Part shown: piece after piece, positions 27,710 to 38,222 of the stretch
Layout of the letters: each line of letters opens with the position of its first letter
Numbering within the stretch: the stretch's first letter is position 1
IMG/VR virus record: IMGVR_UViG_3300008107_006367
DNA: 64,000 nucleotides
Strand: one strand, 5' to 3'
Origin: an uncultured virus (IMG/VR IMGVR_UViG_3300008107_006367)
Taxonomy: Duplodnaviria; Heunggongvirae; Uroviricota; Caudoviricetes
Program-made: the position numbers and the translations under genes
Notes under the pieces: generated by a model
Told to the model about the DNA's origin: nothing
The model's database searches: none
The model's input: only the letters and a program-made list of their open reading frames with translations

Positions 27710-29080
27710 ATGAGTATTAAAAAATATACAAACTTTGAATTAATTGATGCTAATACATCAAATAAGGGGGAGTTTTTGCAAGAAAACGACAGATTTATAA
27801 TCAATCAAAATCAAATAGAGGATACCGATTTTGGAGATTGTAAGTATGATGTTATGGAGGTGTCGGTTTATGATATCAATACAAATTTATTGCCAAATAA
27901 AAATGGAAAAAATGTTGCCTATATAAAAACGGGTGATATTAAAAACTATCTTTATAATTTAAAAAATAATGCAGGACAAAAAGAATTAGCTATTGATATT
28001 GAAAAATTATTAAACGATTTAGGATTTACAAATGGTATCCTTAAAGTAAACATAAATTTTGTTAGAAATAAAATTGGTTCTGAAAACGAATTAACCAAAG
28101 TATGGATTCAGGAAATAGCACCATCTAGAGAAGAAATTAGAATACTACCATTATCTACTACCGATATAAATGTAAATGAAAAAACAAAAAAAGAATTTAT
28201 AAACGTAAATAATTTAAGTAAAGATTTTAAATATTATAAAAAAAATATATTAGATTCATTGGATTCATTAGAATCCACTTATTTAGATTCAATTGGTAAT
28301 TTAATGATTAATAGATTTGGTAAAGATTTTGAATCTATTTTGCGTAAAGATTTTGGATTATCCAATTTTAATGGATTTAAAAAAAGAATATTTTCCGATT
28401 TTAAAACAAGTATAATTTACTGGCTAAATAATAGAGAATACGATATATCTCAATCTAATTTTGGACAAAAATCATTTATAAGATTTGAAGATTGTGAACA
28501 ATATGATTTTCAAATGTTAATTAATGAAATTCAAAGCATATTAAGAAAAACTATTGAATATCATACTAAAACATTAAAAAGAAGAGATATTGCTATTAAA
28601 GTACTTCCAAAAGAATTTGAAATTACCGAACTTAAAAAAGAAATTAAAGATTTAGTTGGTGATATACAAATTGCCGAAAATAAAGTAAGAAATGTTTATA
28701 ACCCGGAAAAAGTAGAATTGAATATTAAAGGTACTAGAACATTCGAAATAAAAACAGAGCAACCAATAAAAATAGAACCAGAACCTAAACCAATTCTTCC
28801 AATATTTGATTTACCTCCAAACCCACCGGTTAAGGAAGAGCCAATTAAAATAGAACCTATAAAGGAAGAACCGATTAAGATAATAAAGCCAGACCCTATT
28901 ATTAAAATAGAACCTGTAAAAGAAATAATTCCAACTCCATCTGAAGGTGGCGGGGGTGGTGGTCCTCGTGGCGGAGGCGGTGGCGGTGGATACTATTCTG
29001 GTGGTAGAGATTTTGGAACTGGCGGAGGTAGAGAAAATGTATATGTAGATGATGTTAGACAAAGAGAAAATATACAATAG
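27710..29080 (+). CDS. hypothetical structural protein with EPIKI repeats and Gly-rich tail
   Basis: IQEIAPSREEIRI motif; PIKIEP repeats; poly-Gly. Confidence 0.7.
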   Translation: MSIKKYTNFELIDANTSNKGEFLQENDRFIINQNQIEDTDFGDCKYDVMEVSVYDINTNLLPNKNGKNVAYIKTGDIKNYLYNLKNNAGQKELAIDIEKLLNDLGFTNGILKVNINFVRNKIGSENELTKVWIQEIAPSREEIRILPLSTTDINVNEKTKKEFINVNNLSKDFKYYKKNILDSLDSLESTYLDSIGNLMINRFGKDFESILRKDFGLSNFNGFKKRIFSDFKTSIIYWLNNREYDISQSNFGQKSFIRFEDCEQYDFQMLINEIQSILRKTIEYHTKTLKRRDIAIKVLPKEFEITELKKEIKDLVGDIQIAENKVRNVYNPEKVELNIKGTRTFEIKTEQPIKIEPEPKPILPIFDLPPNPPVKEEPIKIEPIKEEPIKIIKPDPIIKIEPVKEIIPTPSEGGGGGGPRGGGGGGGYYSGGRDFGTGGGRENVYVDDVRQRENIQ

Positions 29081-29081
29081 G

Positions 29082-29089
29082 ATATTTAT
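29082..29089 (+). promoter_or_regulatory. putative late promoter ATATTTAT
   Basis: Intergenic, 15 nt before GTG start. Confidence 0.5.
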
Positions 29090-29104
29090 AATAAAGAATA
29101 AAGA

Positions 29105-32100
29105 GTGGTAAAAGCATTAGAAAATATATTTGGAGGAGAACCAACTCTAAACTCATACGAAGGTACTGGTCAATACTCTGCTTTCATTGATGGTGTAGGC
29201 GGCGGAGGAGGTGGTGGTGGATATGTACCACCCGTAGAACCAAACCCACTATTTATTCCACCATCATATTCAAATGAAATAATAGGTAAATCTATTAAAG
29301 TAAATTTGATTTCAAATTCAGGCGAAGTAGAATTTTTAGAAAATGGAGCATCGAAGGGATATGGTGTAAGTACCATCATCAATTACTCACCATCATCTAC
29401 ATTTAATGGCCCTAAAAAATATGAAGTAGTTAAAAACGGACAAAAAGCTACTAAATATTATGAAGTTTCTATTAAGAAAAGTTATCAAACCGATAATCAA
29501 TCTAATCCTATACAAGAAACTGAAATCACACCACTAACACCGAAAAGACGTGGATTTTTTGGCAGATTAAGAGATGGATTGGATGTTAGAGTAACAAATG
29601 AATCATTCGGTATCCGTAACCTATTTAAAGGTTCTAAAAAATTTAAAGTTAAAAGACCATTAAACGTAAAGCCGGTTGTCAACGCAATAGAATATAACTA
29701 TTCCGAAACACTTTCTGTGCAAGAGTTTGATTTACAATCAGATGGTACATATGTAGCAAATGATATAAAAACATTCGATTTAGGTTCTGTAACTTTAAAT
29801 TTTGAATTAAAATCAGTTAAAGCATCCGATGATATTATTAATACGATTACAACCGTAGAATACGAAGTAGCATTTTCATCTAACTTCAAACAAGAGTTAG
29901 GAAATAATGTAGTATTGAATTATACAATATTTCAAAACGATGGTACAATATCGGATAGTGGAAAAGTATCTCTTTCCGATAGTAATATTATCAGACAACT
30001 AAATTCAGATGCCTTAAAAGGAAGAGTAGATTTTAGAATAGAATATGTAGATAAACCATCCGAATATATTTTAACTAATATATACCAAACTACAAACACT
30101 TCTAAATTAGAAACTGCATATAAAACTGAGTTTGATTTTAGTAAGTGGAATACACAAAATTCATCATTTAGCTTACCAGCCGAACAACTTAAATCAGGTA
30201 TATCGGTGGTTGTTATGTTTGAAAAAGAAATAAAAGCAGATAGGCCTATTATTTCTTTAGATACCACTCAATATGGAGTGTACGTTAAAGATTCTGATTT
30301 AGAAAAAGAAGTACAAATTCCATTCAAAACATCGAATACTGATAACGTAAGAGTGTATATTGATGGTAGAGCAGATACTATGTTAGTTCCTGCTATCGAT
30401 GGAGTTGTTAAATTATATTTCCAAAAAGATTTTTCTGAAGTATATGGTACTAAAAAAATAGTTTTAGTAGCAGAGAGTAAACAATATGGAACTGGTGATT
30501 CGGTAACGGCTTTAGTTACATTTACGGCTGTAAACGATTTTCCATCAATTACACAAATAACATATACCGATTCGATTGATATACCATCTTTTTCAGATTT
30601 TAGTATAGATTTAAAATATGAATATGCATCATTTGCTTGTTCTACAATAGATGTGGATTTAAAAGCAAAAGATGGTAGTAGAATTACTTTATTTAAAAAT
30701 TTAACACCAAATGGAAACATTTCTTTAAATTTAAAAGATTTAAGAGATAAGTTTTCTAACTGGGCAGGAAGTGATAATGTTACATTAATATTTAAACCAT
30801 TTAATAGAAGCGGTGCTGAAGAGTTGGTTGGTAATGAATATGAAGTAAAAACATTTTTATCAATACCAACAATACAATTAGATGAGAATATCTTTTCATC
30901 TGCTATTTTTGATGCATTTTCTAATATATTAAAAGTAATTGAACCTGATAAAGAAAGTAAGTATCTAACACATCTTGCTAACTTTGATAATAATGAACAA
31001 ATATTAATTTCTACTTGGGAAAATGATAATTGGACTTTATCCGATAAAACAACGGATAATTTAGGAAATATTCAATTAGGTAGTAATGTAGTTGATTCTA
31101 TTATATTAAAATTATATTCACCACTACCAGCTAACGTTTCAACAAATTCAACTTTTTGGATTACTAAGTTAATGGCAAACCCATTAATTGAAACCATTGT
31201 ATTAAGTGAACAATCTGAAATTAGTTGCCCACCAATAAAAGGACCTAATTTCAGTTTAGATATTGATTATGTAAAAGGGCAATCTACTAATTTTGAATCA
31301 TTAGATAATTTAATATTGAGTGGTTCAACATCATCTACACAATTAGTTACAACCTATTTAAGTTCATCTTTAATCAATATGGATGAGTTAAATATTGATT
31401 ATGTAAGTGGTTCAACTTATTTGTGGGAAAATTTTACACATTTCAGTTCAGCAAAAGAACGAGTAGATAATTTTGTATATAAAGTACAATTAATAGAAGC
31501 ATATGAAAATAGTATAAGTGGTTCAAACGCATCGCCATCAGCATCTTTATTAAGCGAAATACAAGAAAGAGAAAGACAATTAATAAAGAAAAACGAATTG
31601 TTATCTGGATTTGATGGATTTGAAAATTTCTTATATACATCATCATCTTTATATACAACAAATGGTAGTAACTCGATAACTTGGCCATATAACGCTGGTC
31701 AAAGAATATTATCTACAAACTCAACTGTTGTAAATTGGTATTCAAATTTAATAACTTTAGCAGAAGATTTTGATATTGAAAATCCTAATTGGGTTCAAAA
31801 TAATATACCACAATTTATTGTAACAAATACTGAAAATGAAAGTTTACTATTGTTTTTATCAATGATTGGACATCATTTTGATAATATATACTTTCATACA
31901 AAAGCAATAGAGAAGAGTAGAGGATTGGGGTACAATAGAAAGGATATATCGGATAAATTATTATTTGATATTTTAAAATCCTTTAATTGGGATGCTAAAA
32001 ATTTATCTGCTGATACAAAATTATGGGAATATACATTTGGTAAAGATTCAGAGGGTAATATAAAAAATACCAAAACAGGCAAAGCTAGAACATACGAAGT

Positions 32101-34351
32101 TTGGAGAAGAATAGCAAATAATTTACCTTATTTATTAAAACACAAAGGAACTCGTAGAGGAATTTATGCATTACTATCTTGCTATGGTATTCCTTCATCA
32201 AACCTTTCAATTTTAGAATTTGGTGGTCCAGAAGTAACCAACACAACTAAGAGTAAATTAGTATATGATAATGTTACCACTGCTCTTAAATTTAATAATG
32301 GAGCAGCAATAGAATTTGAATGGAAAAACACAAATAAAAACAGAAAGCCAAATACTATTGAATTATTTGTAAAACCTTCTCAAAACACAAATTATACTGT
32401 AATTAGTGGTAGCGGATGGAATGTTGGATTACAAGCATCTACAACATCATCATATGGAAATGTTGTATTTAACTATAATACTACAAATGCAATATCATCA
32501 TCATTATTACCAATATACAATGGTAAATTCTTTGGTATTTCAGTAAGTAGTGGTTCTGATGGATTAAAATTAGATGTAAGACAATCTGAAAAGGAAAGAA
32601 CTATATTTGCAGAATCTATTTCATCTTCAGCAGCAACTGATTGGAATAATGGTTCTAAAATTAAATTAGGTGGTTCTTATGTAGGAAGCGTTGATGAGTT
32701 TCGTTTGTGGTCTGAAGTATTAAATACTGATAGATTTTACGAACACGTTTCATTCCCAGAAATGATTAATGGTAATCATATTTCATCTTCAACCGATGAT
32801 TTATATTTCCGTTTAGATTTTGAATATCCTAAAAATTTATCAGTATCATCATCTTTAATTAATGTTGATACTAACATATATTACAGTTCTTCTGTAACTA
32901 GAAATAAATTAGAAGATGGCTTAGTAGGAATTACGGGAAGTGTAACAATATTATCAGAAAATGTATCGGCATCGTTTTCAGCATCTGCTAGCGGATTTAC
33001 ACCTATAACAACATATCCATATCAATTTGAAGCAATAGATAGAAGTGTTGTATTGGAGGTTCCTGATATGGGAATATCTCGTTATTCTACAAATAAAGTT
33101 AGATTTGAATCGCAAGAATTAGTATCAGATTTATCTTCAAAAAGTAGAGCAACTAAAAAAGCATACGACCAATCTCCAACCGATTCAAACAGAGTTGGTT
33201 TATTCTTCTCTCCTACAAAAGAGTTGAACATTGATATCGCTAAATCATTTGGTGGAATTAATTTGGATAATTATATAGGAGACCCATCAGATGATTACAA
33301 ATCAAACTACTCTCAATTAGATAATTTAAGAAATTATTACTTTAAAAGATTTGATGGTAGAGATATTTATTCATACATAAACTTAATCAAACTATATGAG
33401 AAATCAATGTTTGAAGATATTAAGAATATGTTGCCGGCTAGAGTTAAAGCTACTACTGGTTTATTAATAGAACCACACATCTTAGAAAGAAGTAAAATTG
33501 CTCAAAAGAAACCAACGGGCGATGAATATCAACAAGATGTAAACATAAAATATTCAGATACAACATTATTAAATGCTAGTAGTAATCAATACGATGTTGT
33601 TGTTGACGCAAATTTAACAGATAATCTAATAGGTGAAAATTCTCAATATTATGCTACAATTTATACAGCATCTTTAGAAAATACGATAGCTGAAAGTTAT
33701 CAAAAGGAAGCGGAATATAACTATTATAACGATACAAATTTTATATCAGAGTATTATCAAAAAGAAGTTGTAATAGATGCTGATTTAGGAAACGCTAGTA
33801 TATTATCTGAAATAGATATAAACAATACAAATACAATAGTTGGACAAACTGAATTAGAAACTATTGGATTTGGTATTTATGCACAAAGTGGTTCAGCAAT
33901 CAGAACATATTTTGATGTTGATGGTAGACGAGTTAAAGAAAGAGTTAGAGTACAATTAGTTACCGAACAAAAAGAAAGAGTTGTAACTAAATTTGCTATA
34001 ACCGCTTCGGCAAATGGATTGGGTGACCCTCGTGGTGGATACGTTTCAGATATACAAACTTATACTGAAACCAAATTAAATATTCAACCATTTAGTGGCT
34101 CATTTGTTCCTACTGTTGGTGGTAATATAATAAGTGTTAAAAATGTGAGCGGATACTTACCAACGCATTATAGAAATACAAACGATTTAACGAGAGGATT
34201 ACAAAATTCTTTCTATAAAGGTTCAAAAAATACTGCAGCAACTACATTAGATGGAACATCCCCAATAGAAACATTTACATCTAATCCTAATACATTAAGA
34301 GTTAATAAGGCAGGTAGAGATGCAAGTGAACCAATATTGGAAGTAGAATAA
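29105..34351 (+). CDS. large baseplate/tail protein (gp7/tail-protein-I-like segment, LamG-like domain)
   Basis: MIGHHFDNI, LLKHKGTRRGIYALLSCYGIP, GSVDEFRLW, MLPARVK; position after gp6. Confidence 0.7.
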   Translation: MVKALENIFGGEPTLNSYEGTGQYSAFIDGVGGGGGGGGYVPPVEPNPLFIPPSYSNEIIGKSIKVNLISNSGEVEFLENGASKGYGVSTIINYSPSSTFNGPKKYEVVKNGQKATKYYEVSIKKSYQTDNQSNPIQETEITPLTPKRRGFFGRLRDGLDVRVTNESFGIRNLFKGSKKFKVKRPLNVKPVVNAIEYNYSETLSVQEFDLQSDGTYVANDIKTFDLGSVTLNFELKSVKASDDIINTITTVEYEVAFSSNFKQELGNNVVLNYTIFQNDGTISDSGKVSLSDSNIIRQLNSDALKGRVDFRIEYVDKPSEYILTNIYQTTNTSKLETAYKTEFDFSKWNTQNSSFSLPAEQLKSGISVVVMFEKEIKADRPIISLDTTQYGVYVKDSDLEKEVQIPFKTSNTDNVRVYIDGRADTMLVPAIDGVVKLYFQKDFSEVYGTKKIVLVAESKQYGTGDSVTALVTFTAVNDFPSITQITYTDSIDIPSFSDFSIDLKYEYASFACSTIDVDLKAKDGSRITLFKNLTPNGNISLNLKDLRDKFSNWAGSDNVTLIFKPFNRSGAEELVGNEYEVKTFLSIPTIQLDENIFSSAIFDAFSNILKVIEPDKESKYLTHLANFDNNEQILISTWENDNWTLSDKTTDNLGNIQLGSNVVDSIILKLYSPLPANVSTNSTFWITKLMANPLIETIVLSEQSEISCPPIKGPNFSLDIDYVKGQSTNFESLDNLILSGSTSSTQLVTTYLSSSLINMDELNIDYVSGSTYLWENFTHFSSAKERVDNFVYKVQLIEAYENSISGSNASPSASLLSEIQERERQLIKKNELLSGFDGFENFLYTSSSLYTTNGSNSITWPYNAGQRILSTNSTVVNWYSNLITLAEDFDIENPNWVQNNIPQFIVTNTENESLLLFLSMIGHHFDNIYFHTKAIEKSRGLGYNRKDISDKLLFDILKSFNWDAKNLSADTKLWEYTFGKDSEGNIKNTKTGKARTYEVWRRIANNLPYLLKHKGTRRGIYALLSCYGIPSSNLSILEFGGPEVTNTTKSKLVYDNVTTALKFNNGAAIEFEWKNTNKNRKPNTIELFVKPSQNTNYTVISGSGWNVGLQASTTSSYGNVVFNYNTTNAISSSLLPIYNGKFFGISVSSGSDGLKLDVRQSEKERTIFAESISSSAATDWNNGSKIKLGGSYVGSVDEFRLWSEVLNTDRFYEHVSFPEMINGNHISSSTDDLYFRLDFEYPKNLSVSSSLINVDTNIYYSSSVTRNKLEDGLVGITGSVTILSENVSASFSASASGFTPITTYPYQFEAIDRSVVLEVPDMGISRYSTNKVRFESQELVSDLSSKSRATKKAYDQSPTDSNRVGLFFSPTKELNIDIAKSFGGINLDNYIGDPSDDYKSNYSQLDNLRNYYFKRFDGRDIYSYINLIKLYEKSMFEDIKNMLPARVKATTGLLIEPHILERSKIAQKKPTGDEYQQDVNIKYSDTTLLNASSNQYDVVVDANLTDNLIGENSQYYATIYTASLENTIAESYQKEAEYNYYNDTNFISEYYQKEVVIDADLGNASILSEIDINNTNTIVGQTELETIGFGIYAQSGSAIRTYFDVDGRRVKERVRVQLVTEQKERVVTKFAITASANGLGDPRGGYVSDIQTYTETKLNIQPFSGSFVPTVGGNIISVKNVSGYLPTHYRNTNDLTRGLQNSFYKGSKNTAATTLDGTSPIETFTSNPNTLRVNKAGRDASEPILEVE

Positions 34352-34363
34352 CGGAATTTTAAA

Positions 34364-34377
34364 ATATTTATATTTAT
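34364..34377 (+). promoter_or_regulatory. tandem putative late promoter ATATTTATATTTAT
   Basis: Two overlapping copies before 34400. Confidence 0.55.
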
Positions 34378-34399
34378 AAACAAAGATAATTAAAAAACT

Positions 34400-35023
34400 A
34401 TGGGATATTTAAGTAATACTGAATTGACAGTTGATGCAATTCTTACTAAAAAAGGTAGAGAAAAATTAGCAGCTGGACAAGGATTAAACATCACTCAATT
34501 TGCTTTAGCAGATGATGAGATTGATTACACACTTTATGAACCAGCACATCCACTTGGAAGCGCTTACTACGATGCGGCAATTAGAAATATGCCTGTATTG
34601 GAAGCAAACCCAGATGAGACTCAAGTAATGAAGTATAAGTTAGTAACTCTTCCTAAGAATACAACTCGTATTCCGGTGGTTGAATTTGGTGTTCCTAACA
34701 TTTCAGTAAACCAAAGAAGTGGTGAAGTATCACTTTCTCCAACAACATCTCCAGCAGGAAATAGAAGAATGGGCTATACTATTATATTAGCTAACAAAAA
34801 TGCAGGTGATATTGTAGGTGAAGGAGTAACTGCTGATGTAGGCTCAGTACCTGTATTTATTGGTGATGATGTATCAGCAACCGCAGCAGTATCGAAAGGT
34901 TTAACTTTCAAATTTATTCCAAACCCATCATTAACTTCGACTATCAGAACAACTATAACTGTTTATGGTAACGAAACGGGTGGTTCACAAACAATTCCAG
35001 TAACCGTAACATACGTTCAATAA
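34400..35023 (+). CDS. virion structural protein (tail/baseplate)
   Basis: DAILTKKGRE.LA, FALADDEIDY; resembles tail-collar N-terminal motif. Confidence 0.65.
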   Translation: MGYLSNTELTVDAILTKKGREKLAAGQGLNITQFALADDEIDYTLYEPAHPLGSAYYDAAIRNMPVLEANPDETQVMKYKLVTLPKNTTRIPVVEFGVPNISVNQRSGEVSLSPTTSPAGNRRMGYTIILANKNAGDIVGEGVTADVGSVPVFIGDDVSATAAVSKGLTFKFIPNPSLTSTIRTTITVYGNETGGSQTIPVTVTYVQ

Positions 35024-35031
35024 TATAAACT

Positions 35032-36264
35032 ATGGCATTAATTAGAGATAATAGAGGACAGCTTTTAGCAAGTAACTTATCCCAGTACTTAGCAGGCGCA
35101 GCAAATACCGCAGGAACTCCTGTTGATACCAATGAATTGGTTAGAATTGTAAACCAATTTTTAGGAGAAGGTGAGCAGATTAGTTCCGATTTAACAACAG
35201 TAACAAATGGTATTTATAAAAAATTTGGTGCTATCGATAAAGTAACTAATAGAACCGAAATCGTAACTTCAGGAATTTGGAGTGGTGATACGGGTTCATT
35301 AACTACTTTTTATACATCATCTTTACAACACAATAGTTCTACTGGTAAATATTATTTAGATGTTTACAACGCAGTAACATCATCCGACACCGCAGAGGTT
35401 CAGTTTTCAATTGCATATGGCGATGTAAACGGATATGGTGCACCTACGTTAACACAAGATGATTCATCTACATTATCTACTAAAGCTGTATATAATCAAT
35501 TTAAAAATATATTATTAGAATCATCCGATGCATACTTTAGTGTGTATAGTGGTTCTACCGCTGCGGCACATGATTTGACATCATTCTACGCAATCAACGT
35601 AAATAGAGCAAGATACAAAGAAAGATTAGACCCAGGTAACGTTTCAATCAACCTTTCTGGTTCGGTTGGATTAGTAACTCTTATTGATGATAGTGGTGGA
35701 ACTGATGAAAATGTAACAACCGCAGGTAGAGTTTATAACTTAGTTAGTGGTTCATTGAATATTGGTTCTGCATTAACTGCATCAATCAATACTTATACTG
35801 CATCAAACGGACAAGGATTTGGATTATTCTACCCTGATATGGGTATCATCTTATTGAATCCAAACGCATTATCAGCATCAGTAGGTGGTAATTTAATGGC
35901 AGCAGCTGGTTCAACAACAAATCAGTATCACCAATCGGGTTCAGTATCAGGTTCATTAAAATTATTTGATGCATTGAAAAAGGGCGCCGACTTCCAAGCT
36001 CGTAGAACTGAAAACGTTTCTACTTCACATTATTTTGTGAGAGCAAACAATAGAGAATTTAACTTTTCAAATAACCCAACATTCGTAAGTGGTTCGGTTG
36101 GAGCATTCGCAAATTCATCTTTCGAAAGAGACCCTAAAGTATATATTACTTCAGTAGGTCTTTATGATGATGCAAATGAATTATTAGCAGTTGCAAAAAC
36201 TTCTCAACCGATTGCAAAATCATTTGATAAGGAAATCGCTATTAAAGTTAAATTAGATTTCTAA
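35032..36264 (+). CDS. virion structural protein
   Basis: C-terminal VYITSVGLYDDANELLAVAKTSQPIAK...IKVKLDF. Confidence 0.7.
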   Translation: MALIRDNRGQLLASNLSQYLAGAANTAGTPVDTNELVRIVNQFLGEGEQISSDLTTVTNGIYKKFGAIDKVTNRTEIVTSGIWSGDTGSLTTFYTSSLQHNSSTGKYYLDVYNAVTSSDTAEVQFSIAYGDVNGYGAPTLTQDDSSTLSTKAVYNQFKNILLESSDAYFSVYSGSTAAAHDLTSFYAINVNRARYKERLDPGNVSINLSGSVGLVTLIDDSGGTDENVTTAGRVYNLVSGSLNIGSALTASINTYTASNGQGFGLFYPDMGIILLNPNALSASVGGNLMAAAGSTTNQYHQSGSVSGSLKLFDALKKGADFQARRTENVSTSHYFVRANNREFNFSNNPTFVSGSVGAFANSSFERDPKVYITSVGLYDDANELLAVAKTSQPIAKSFDKEIAIKVKLDF

Positions 36265-36292
36265 TCAGAGAGTAACTTATATCGAACTATTT

Positions 36293-36320
36293 AACCCAAC
36301 CATAAAAAGTTGGGTTTTTA
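36293..36320 (+). terminator. Rho-independent terminator
   Basis: AACCCAAC-cataaaaa-GTTGGGTT followed by T run. Confidence 0.75.
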
Positions 36321-36329
36321 GTTTATAAG

Positions 36330-36337
36330 ATATTTAT
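36330..36337 (+). promoter_or_regulatory. putative late promoter ATATTTAT
   Basis: Directly after terminator, before 36345. Confidence 0.55.
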
Positions 36338-36344
36338 AGATGAT

Positions 36345-37520
36345 ATGTTAAAAAGGATACCAAAATCAGATATTAATATTCGCCCATTTAAGGCGTATAA
36401 GGAGTGGAGTTTTAATGATACTTCTACCGATATATCATTATATGAGGCTAATATAAGCTCTAGTGAATTATCAAATGGAATTCCAAAAAATTCAATATAT
36501 GGACAATTAAGAGCTCAATTTTATAATGGAAATGAAGATAATCCATTTTTAAGATATGGTTCTAAATCTAATGAATATAATATACAAGCATCTACCAGAG
36601 ATAGATTTTTAAGTGGTAGTGCAAAAGTAATATCTATTCCACAAATATATGTTGGAGAGGGTATAAAAAAAGGTTCTATTTTATTAACTGATAAAAATGG
36701 AAACGATACATCTTTTATAGATGATGGATACGGAAATTTAATAGGTGCAGATGGTGATAGTGTTATTGTTGGTAAAATTGATTCAAATAATAATAGTTGG
36801 GATTTTGAAGATGTAGCTACTAATCCATATTCCGGTTCTTTTCAAATAATTGGTATTGATGTTACTTTAAATGAATTAAATTTAGTTTATAATGGTGTTA
36901 GTTATGATTTAAAGATAGTTAGTTTCAATGCGAACACTGGAGTAATGATTGTTGAAAATATTCCATTCTTAGAAGGAGCGGCTGGTAGTGATAGAATTGG
37001 TAATGTGTTCTATGCAAATGGATTATTAGTTTTAACTAGAGAAGCTGATTCTTTATTAAATGCGGATTGGGAATTATCATATAAATCTACTAAAACAATT
37101 TACGAACACGAATATTTACTAATTGTGAATGAAGATGAATTCAATGTATCACAAAACCCATCAGCAATAGTTGAGGTTGGTAGAGTAGATGAATACATAA
37201 CAGGTTCAGATGGTAAGATATATAAAACAACAACAAAACCTGGTGTAAAATATATTCGTAAAAAATCTATTTTAGAAAATGGAAATACTTTGGATTATCG
37301 TTATACATCATCCGTAAGTTCTTCTACCCATTTTGCCGGATTTGAACATTACGATTTAAGTGGTTCTATGGATTCAACAGGCTCTTTCTTAGCACCATTT
37401 ATCACAACAATTGGTTTATATGATGATAATTGTGATTTAGTGGCGGTAGCAAAATTACCACAACCAATTAAATCTGAATCAGAAATGCCTGTAAACTTTA
37501 TTATTCGTTTTGATACTTAA
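36345..37520 (+). CDS. virion structural protein, paralogous C-terminus to 35032 ORF
   Basis: FITTIGLYDDNCDLVAVAKLPQPIK...IRFD; EFNVSQNP vs EFNFSNNP. Confidence 0.7.
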   Translation: MLKRIPKSDINIRPFKAYKEWSFNDTSTDISLYEANISSSELSNGIPKNSIYGQLRAQFYNGNEDNPFLRYGSKSNEYNIQASTRDRFLSGSAKVISIPQIYVGEGIKKGSILLTDKNGNDTSFIDDGYGNLIGADGDSVIVGKIDSNNNSWDFEDVATNPYSGSFQIIGIDVTLNELNLVYNGVSYDLKIVSFNANTGVMIVENIPFLEGAAGSDRIGNVFYANGLLVLTREADSLLNADWELSYKSTKTIYEHEYLLIVNEDEFNVSQNPSAIVEVGRVDEYITGSDGKIYKTTTKPGVKYIRKKSILENGNTLDYRYTSSVSSSTHFAGFEHYDLSGSMDSTGSFLAPFITTIGLYDDNCDLVAVAKLPQPIKSESEMPVNFIIRFDT

Positions 37521-37548
37521 TTTATATTTATATTAAACAATAAACATT

Positions 37549-37758
37549 ATGTCAAAGATTTTAGATTTATACGATGGGCAAAAAGCAGCATTGGGAGTTG
37601 ATAAAATTTCATTTGAAGCTGGAGTAAATGCAAAAACGCCATACACTACAAACGATTTGAAAAAAGCAGATGAGCAAGTTTTAACTGCAGCTAAATTCAA
37701 AACAGGTAGAGGTGGTGAAATTTCTGCAACTAAGTACTCCGATATGAAGAAAAAATAA
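37549..37758 (+). CDS. small hypothetical protein
   Basis: ORF preceded by ATATTTAT at 37524. Confidence 0.65.
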   Translation: MSKILDLYDGQKAALGVDKISFEAGVNAKTPYTTNDLKKADEQVLTAAKFKTGRGGEISATKYSDMKKK

Positions 37759-37763
37759 ATTTA

Positions 37764-38183
37764 ATGGCCAAAAAAGTTACAAAAAAGAAAGTAAACTCTA
37801 AATGGGTTGCTAGAAAATATGGATTTAAATCCGGTCTTGAAGAAAATATTTCACAACAAATTGAAGGTAAAGGGATTGTTGTACAATATGAGTCTGAAAA
37901 GATTCCTTACATTGTACCTGCTTCTCAACATACTTACAATCCTGATTTTCGTTTACCTAATGGAATCATAGTAGAAACAAAAGGTAGATTTGTTGCAGCA
38001 GACCGTAGAAAGCATCAATTAGTAAAACAGCAGCATCCAAATTTGGATATTCGCTTTGTATTTTCAAACTCAAAAAACAAAATCAGTAAGAATTCTAAGA
38101 CCACATATGGTATGTGGTGTGAAAAGAATGGTTACAAATACGCAGATAAGGAAATACCAGAAGAGTGGTTTTTAGAACCATAA
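37764..38183 (+). CDS. T7 gp3-type endonuclease I / Holliday junction resolvase
   Basis: FKSGLE, YNPDFRLPNGIIVETKGRF, DRRKH, LDIRFVFSN, TYGMWCEKNG. Confidence 0.9.
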   Translation: MAKKVTKKKVNSKWVARKYGFKSGLEENISQQIEGKGIVVQYESEKIPYIVPASQHTYNPDFRLPNGIIVETKGRFVAADRRKHQLVKQQHPNLDIRFVFSNSKNKISKNSKTTYGMWCEKNGYKYADKEIPEEWFLEP

Positions 38184-38186
38184 AAA

Positions 38187-38218
38187 TTTGGTAATTTCAA
38201 ATATTTGTTGTATATTTG
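38187..38218 (+). promoter_or_regulatory. Bacteroidota sigma70-type promoter TTTG-N20-TATATTTG
   Basis: Exact consensus; implies primase starts at GTG 38223. Confidence 0.75.
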
Positions 38219-38222
38219 GTTT

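Noticed and set aside
38205..38222. Primase start at TTG 38205
   Set aside because: Lies inside the promoter; GTG 38223 is preferred.
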